Of a stretch of 61,102 nt of DNA, positions 58,701-61,102 are shown in pieces. The notes under the pieces are model-generated. The model did no database searches. It saw only the letters and a program-made list of their open reading frames with translations, and had not been told where the DNA came from. Position numbers and translations under genes: made by a program. Source of the DNA: a virus (taxonomy: Duplodnaviria > Caudoviricetes); IMG/VR virus record IMGVR_UViG_3300030107_003962, positions 1 through 61,102 of that record; one strand, given 5' to 3'. Within the stretch, counting starts at the first letter, position 1, and every line of letters begins with the position of its first letter.

Positions 58701-61102
58701 ACTCATGTAATATCATGGGATGGTAGCACTCCTAACTATACAAATTCAGGTGGTAATTTTAAAGTATTTTCAGGAACTGAAGATGTGACCTCATCTTCTA
58801 CATTTACAGGAGATGCAAGTAATAGTGGTTTGACAATGACCATGAATGAAGGTACAGGTGAGTATAGTCTTAGTGGAAGCGGTTGGAGTTCTGCGCAAGA
58901 ATCATTTACATTAACGGCAACATATAATGGGGTATCGTATCCAAGGGTGTATACTATTGCAAAAAGTTTCAAAGGAGAGGCTGGCGCTGATGGTGCTGAT
59001 GGAGCCGATGGTGCAGATGGAATTGATGGAGCCGATGGAGCCGATGGTGCAGATGGTGCTGATGGCAGCGATGGTACAGATGCCGTTGTAGTTAGCTTAA
59101 CAAGCAATCACTATGCAATATCTTACGATGGATTTGATGCATTGAAATCACCTGCTACATATACTTTAACAGCGTACTATCAAGGATTAAGTGATACTGT
59201 ATATTTAGCTTTTTATCAAGACGGAGTATTTAAAACTGAGATATCAACCTCGGCTGGAAATGGGCAATATGAAGTAACACCACCAGCCTCACCATTTGAT
59301 TCTACTCAATGGCAAGTAAAGATTGGTACATCATCTATTAATGGTGGAGGCTCAGTATTAGCACTAGATACTATTTCCATATATTCTATTGAAGACCCTG
59401 AGATGCAAATACCACAGTCTGGATTAGTGGTGCAGCCAAGTAATGGAGTAAATGGTATTGGTAATTATTTATTCATGCCATCAGAAAATGATACCTCTTT
59501 AACCCTTCCTTCAAATTCTGAGTTTTATTTTTGGGATACAGGTGGAGCTTTAGTTGAAATTAATTCATCGGAAGATAATGAAAGTTTTGTTGATGGGGTC
59601 TCATGGGAGAAACTTGGATACGTTGCAATTGATTGGAATGTGGGAGTATTTAACGGAGTAATAGATTATGTAGATTATAATGATAATATATTAACGGGTG
59701 GAGACATTATGGTAATGAAAATGTCAGACACCAATTGGGCGGCATATAGATTGCAAAGATGGGCTCCAGCTTCAGCGGCAGATGCGTCTGGGCATCAAGC
59801 ATTCTCATTAACATTAATCACATATCAAGGGGATGGACCATCTGGTTATACAATTTCTACCTCTATACTTGAATATATTGGATTCACTAAATCATTAGAG
59901 GGTGTACCGGGACCTACAGGGCCTTCAGGGGCTGATGGCGCTGATGGAACACCCACATATTCTGTTATAATTGAAAATGAAAACCACACATTCCCTGTAG
60001 TTGATGGAGCAGTATCGAGCTTTGAAGGTGGCGGAGGGAAAGTATGGGTATACAAAGGAACGGAATTACTAAACCCAATATCAAGTGGAACTCCAACTAC
60101 TGGTGAAGTTAAAATATCAGCTCAAACTATTTCAAGCTGGATAAATGCATCTATCTCAGATGATGGGGATGCATACTTTAATATTAATGGTCCTACAGAG
60201 TGGACAGATATGTCAAAGGGTTATGCGACACTCACATTTAGTTTGGCTATAGAGTCTGATGCTAATGTTGTTAGTAAGAAAGTTTCATATTCATTGGCGA
60301 CAGAGGGTGCCGATGGGTCTGACGGAGCAAATGGGGTAGATGGAGCAGATGGTGCAGATGGAGCTGACGGGGCGGATGGAACGGATGCTCAGACTGTAAT
60401 GTTGACTGCATCATCTTATGTTGTTGATTATTCAAGCGGTTCTGCATCACCAACTACAATAACATTTACGGCAGTTCCCCAAGGCACTCCTACAGCAAAT
60501 CATTATTATGATTTTCAAGTTGATGGAGTTTCAATAAATAATACTACTGCTACATCAAAGACTTGGGCGGTTCCAGAATCTAATTTTAACACACCTAAGA
60601 TTATAACAGTAGATTTAAGATTAGGGGCGAATGATTCCGATATAATTGCGTCAGATGCTCTATCTATATATGGAGTTTCTGATGGTGGCCCGGGAGCTGA
60701 TGGCTCAGATGGTGCTGATGGGGCTGACGGAGCTGATGGGGCAGATGGGTCGGATGGAGGTCCGGGTCCTACAGGACCATCAGGTGCACCCGGTCTTTCT
60801 GCTGAACCTACATATAGTAAAGTAATAGAATATAATAGGTATGGGGAATTAAATGGTGAGGGATTCTTAGCCTTTAATACTGGTTCTTATTCATTCCATA
60901 CTGAAACAAATCTTGATGATATAGGTGAAAATAATTTATCAGACTGGACTAGTTCTAATATTAGCAGTCCTATTACGACTGATTTTTCAACTGCTGGTTT
61001 GTTTTTAATAAACAAATATGATATAAATGTAAATCTACATAATGGATATATTGCGGGATTAAATGTAGGTGATACTTTTGTGTATGAGATTGCATCTGAT
61101 GG
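55779..61102 (+). CDS. Giant modular tail fibre/receptor-binding protein, N-terminal part (continues into 1..4508; ~3243 aa in total)
   Basis: ATG at 55779 overlaps the nozzle stop (TAATG) and reads MAVQNYQPRILLKDGIPSDSEG. Its absence from the ORF track implies no in-frame stop before the window end. Same frame as 78..4508 after circularisation. Contains G-X-D collagen-like runs and a WxxxxxYxxNDxV CBM5/12-like motif. Confidence 0.85.
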   Translation, partial: MAVQNYQPRILLKDGIPSDSEGYEGEIRIGQLDGKLYQFVRYQNKWHSIPFSQSVGEDLSQSIANVVVQAKTLTTQTVQSIVCDTIKVKETIYDNSGGAGISTTELISHPSDNNKAHSDYMVSGGEQDFDGSIKFKGGTTLGAVANYIIRGYSPTAAAEDKNVFFIGNPAYHADWIKKVGFYIAPSSIEGIFHIATTSGQDFILDDDGKLKIESLEVTAGISGSSLDINSNATISSSGALEVISIDTGPGATEVYPTADVVGGQSITASGNAQGSSAINIAVTDDSIGDTQLVHETGQHLRSTDAVQHVRLGLGVAADGTKDLTIKSAHPRIELINSNDGDSSVILANNSGHLDITPTDGIEVASNKYIKSIGATSGFGGAGLNITVSSNKYHIECEELTVRGQMNVYELLINQIRATNGSLFVTTAHELSAFSNNHAIEDDTALVSCKGNFITDTHPFVNDDILLLQYWSFTGTSTRRYLKVTDAGYGTNLQFHALVYDVNGDQVIGADIDDEEDIFIKGKTLCRIGSASDTDRQGGIYLTSDDSNAPYLSIWNGLTAPNQWGTAGIEKLRLGNLDGASNQSGGTLSGTSYGLSAQDVYLTGHLHATTGYIGNTDAGWAIDSLGIVNTTSNVNARIAIGTGGFFNANQSFYVDGTGQFSLYDKFKVDTDGSITITGNFYTSDNNPIGPGMTWQGDWSESTTYQVNDGVAHNGASYLCILSTLNNEPPNSTYWEAMALSGSPGSDGADGADGADGETGPTGPTGPTGPTGEKGEDGSDGADGADGVDGIDGVDGDDGTDGVDGVDGEDGEPGTPGAAAKGIHLSLESSTISYDNSTGTPVLNPSGGTQDFKVYGVLTNISGQNVTYTIKDTNGTAQTDLTFSNGSHTLTDMSGSQGWVQVDVSSWDTVASGDSKLIHVSVTDEGTEYTDEQRIYALFSGQSGSDGADGADGENGADGADGSDGIHGVTAFLTNETHVISWDGSTPNYTNSGGNFKVFSGTEDVTSSSTFTGDASNSGLTMTMNEGTGEYSLSGSGWSSAQESFTLTATYNGVSYPRVYTIAKSFKGEAGADGADGADGADGIDGADGADGADGADGSDGTDAVVVSLTSNHYAISYDGFDALKSPATYTLTAYYQGLSDTVYLAFYQDGVFKTEISTSAGNGQYEVTPPASPFDSTQWQVKIGTSSINGGGSVLALDTISIYSIEDPEMQIPQSGLVVQPSNGVNGIGNYLFMPSENDTSLTLPSNSEFYFWDTGGALVEINSSEDNESFVDGVSWEKLGYVAIDWNVGVFNGVIDYVDYNDNILTGGDIMVMKMSDTNWAAYRLQRWAPASAADASGHQAFSLTLITYQGDGPSGYTISTSILEYIGFTKSLEGVPGPTGPSGADGADGTPTYSVIIENENHTFPVVDGAVSSFEGGGGKVWVYKGTELLNPISSGTPTTGEVKISAQTISSWINASISDDGDAYFNINGPTEWTDMSKGYATLTFSLAIESDANVVSKKVSYSLATEGADGSDGANGVDGADGADGADGADGTDAQTVMLTASSYVVDYSSGSASPTTITFTAVPQGTPTANHYYDFQVDGVSINNTTATSKTWAVPESNFNTPKIITVDLRLGANDSDIIASDALSIYGVSDGGPGADGSDGADGADGADGADGSDGGPGPTGPSGAPGLSAEPTYSKVIEYNRYGELNGEGFLAFNTGSYSFHTETNLDDIGENNLSDWTSSNISSPITTDFSTAGLFLINKYDINVNLHNGYIAGLNVGDTFVYEIASD
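61003..61100. repeat. Terminal direct repeat (circular assembly overlap), copy 2
   Basis: Identical to 1-98; first mismatch at 61101. Confidence 0.95.

Noticed and set aside
61003-61102. Terminal repeat as a biological direct terminal repeat
   Set aside because: It falls mid-gene and is about k-mer sized, so it is most simply an assembler circular overlap.
1-61102. tRNA genes, DGR/retron reverse transcriptase, integrase, introns/inteins, alternative genetic code
   Set aside because: No T-loop/cloverleaf, YxDD RT or recombinase motifs were seen. TerL, portal and MCP are uninterrupted. Standard-code ORFs tile the genome using all three stop codons.

Overview
The window is an apparently complete, circularly permuted dsDNA tailed-phage genome. 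Bases 1-98 are repeated exactly at 61003-61100, so the unit length is about 61,002 bp. The architecture is podovirus-like with two convergent arms. The minus-strand early/replication arm (about 32600 to 18721) carries ArdC, many small orphan ORFs, a divergent switch at about 24.9 kb, a Sak3-like annealase, SSB, a replication initiator, an HTH-sigma4 protein, a Cas4-like exonuclease, RusA, a 2OG-Fe(II) oxygenase and NinB-like genes. The plus-strand late arm (33667 to 61002, then 1 to 18724) carries TerS/TerL, a P22-like portal, scaffold, SU10/DUF5309-like capsid, adaptors, a collagen fibre, a lysis cassette, a nozzle, a ~3243-aa fibre split by the window edge (its 5' part is missing from the ORF track), and internal/ejection proteins. 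I recognised no DNA polymerase, helicase, primase, integrase, tRNA or CRISPR array. The most interesting signals are non-coding. (1) A strand-specific late RNA hairpin at 41349-41398 has a 19-nt loop complementary to the RBS+AUG of several early genes (17/18 nt plus one G-U for one target), a candidate trans-acting anti-Shine-Dalgarno sRNA. (2) A ~270-nt multi-hairpin RNA lies at 22600-22866. (3) A degenerate second copy of the rep-gene iteron block sits directly upstream of terS. (4) A symmetric pair of leaderless divergent promoters drives a Cro-like HTH and an acidic non-HTH protein. All family assignments come from manual motif recognition, not database searches.
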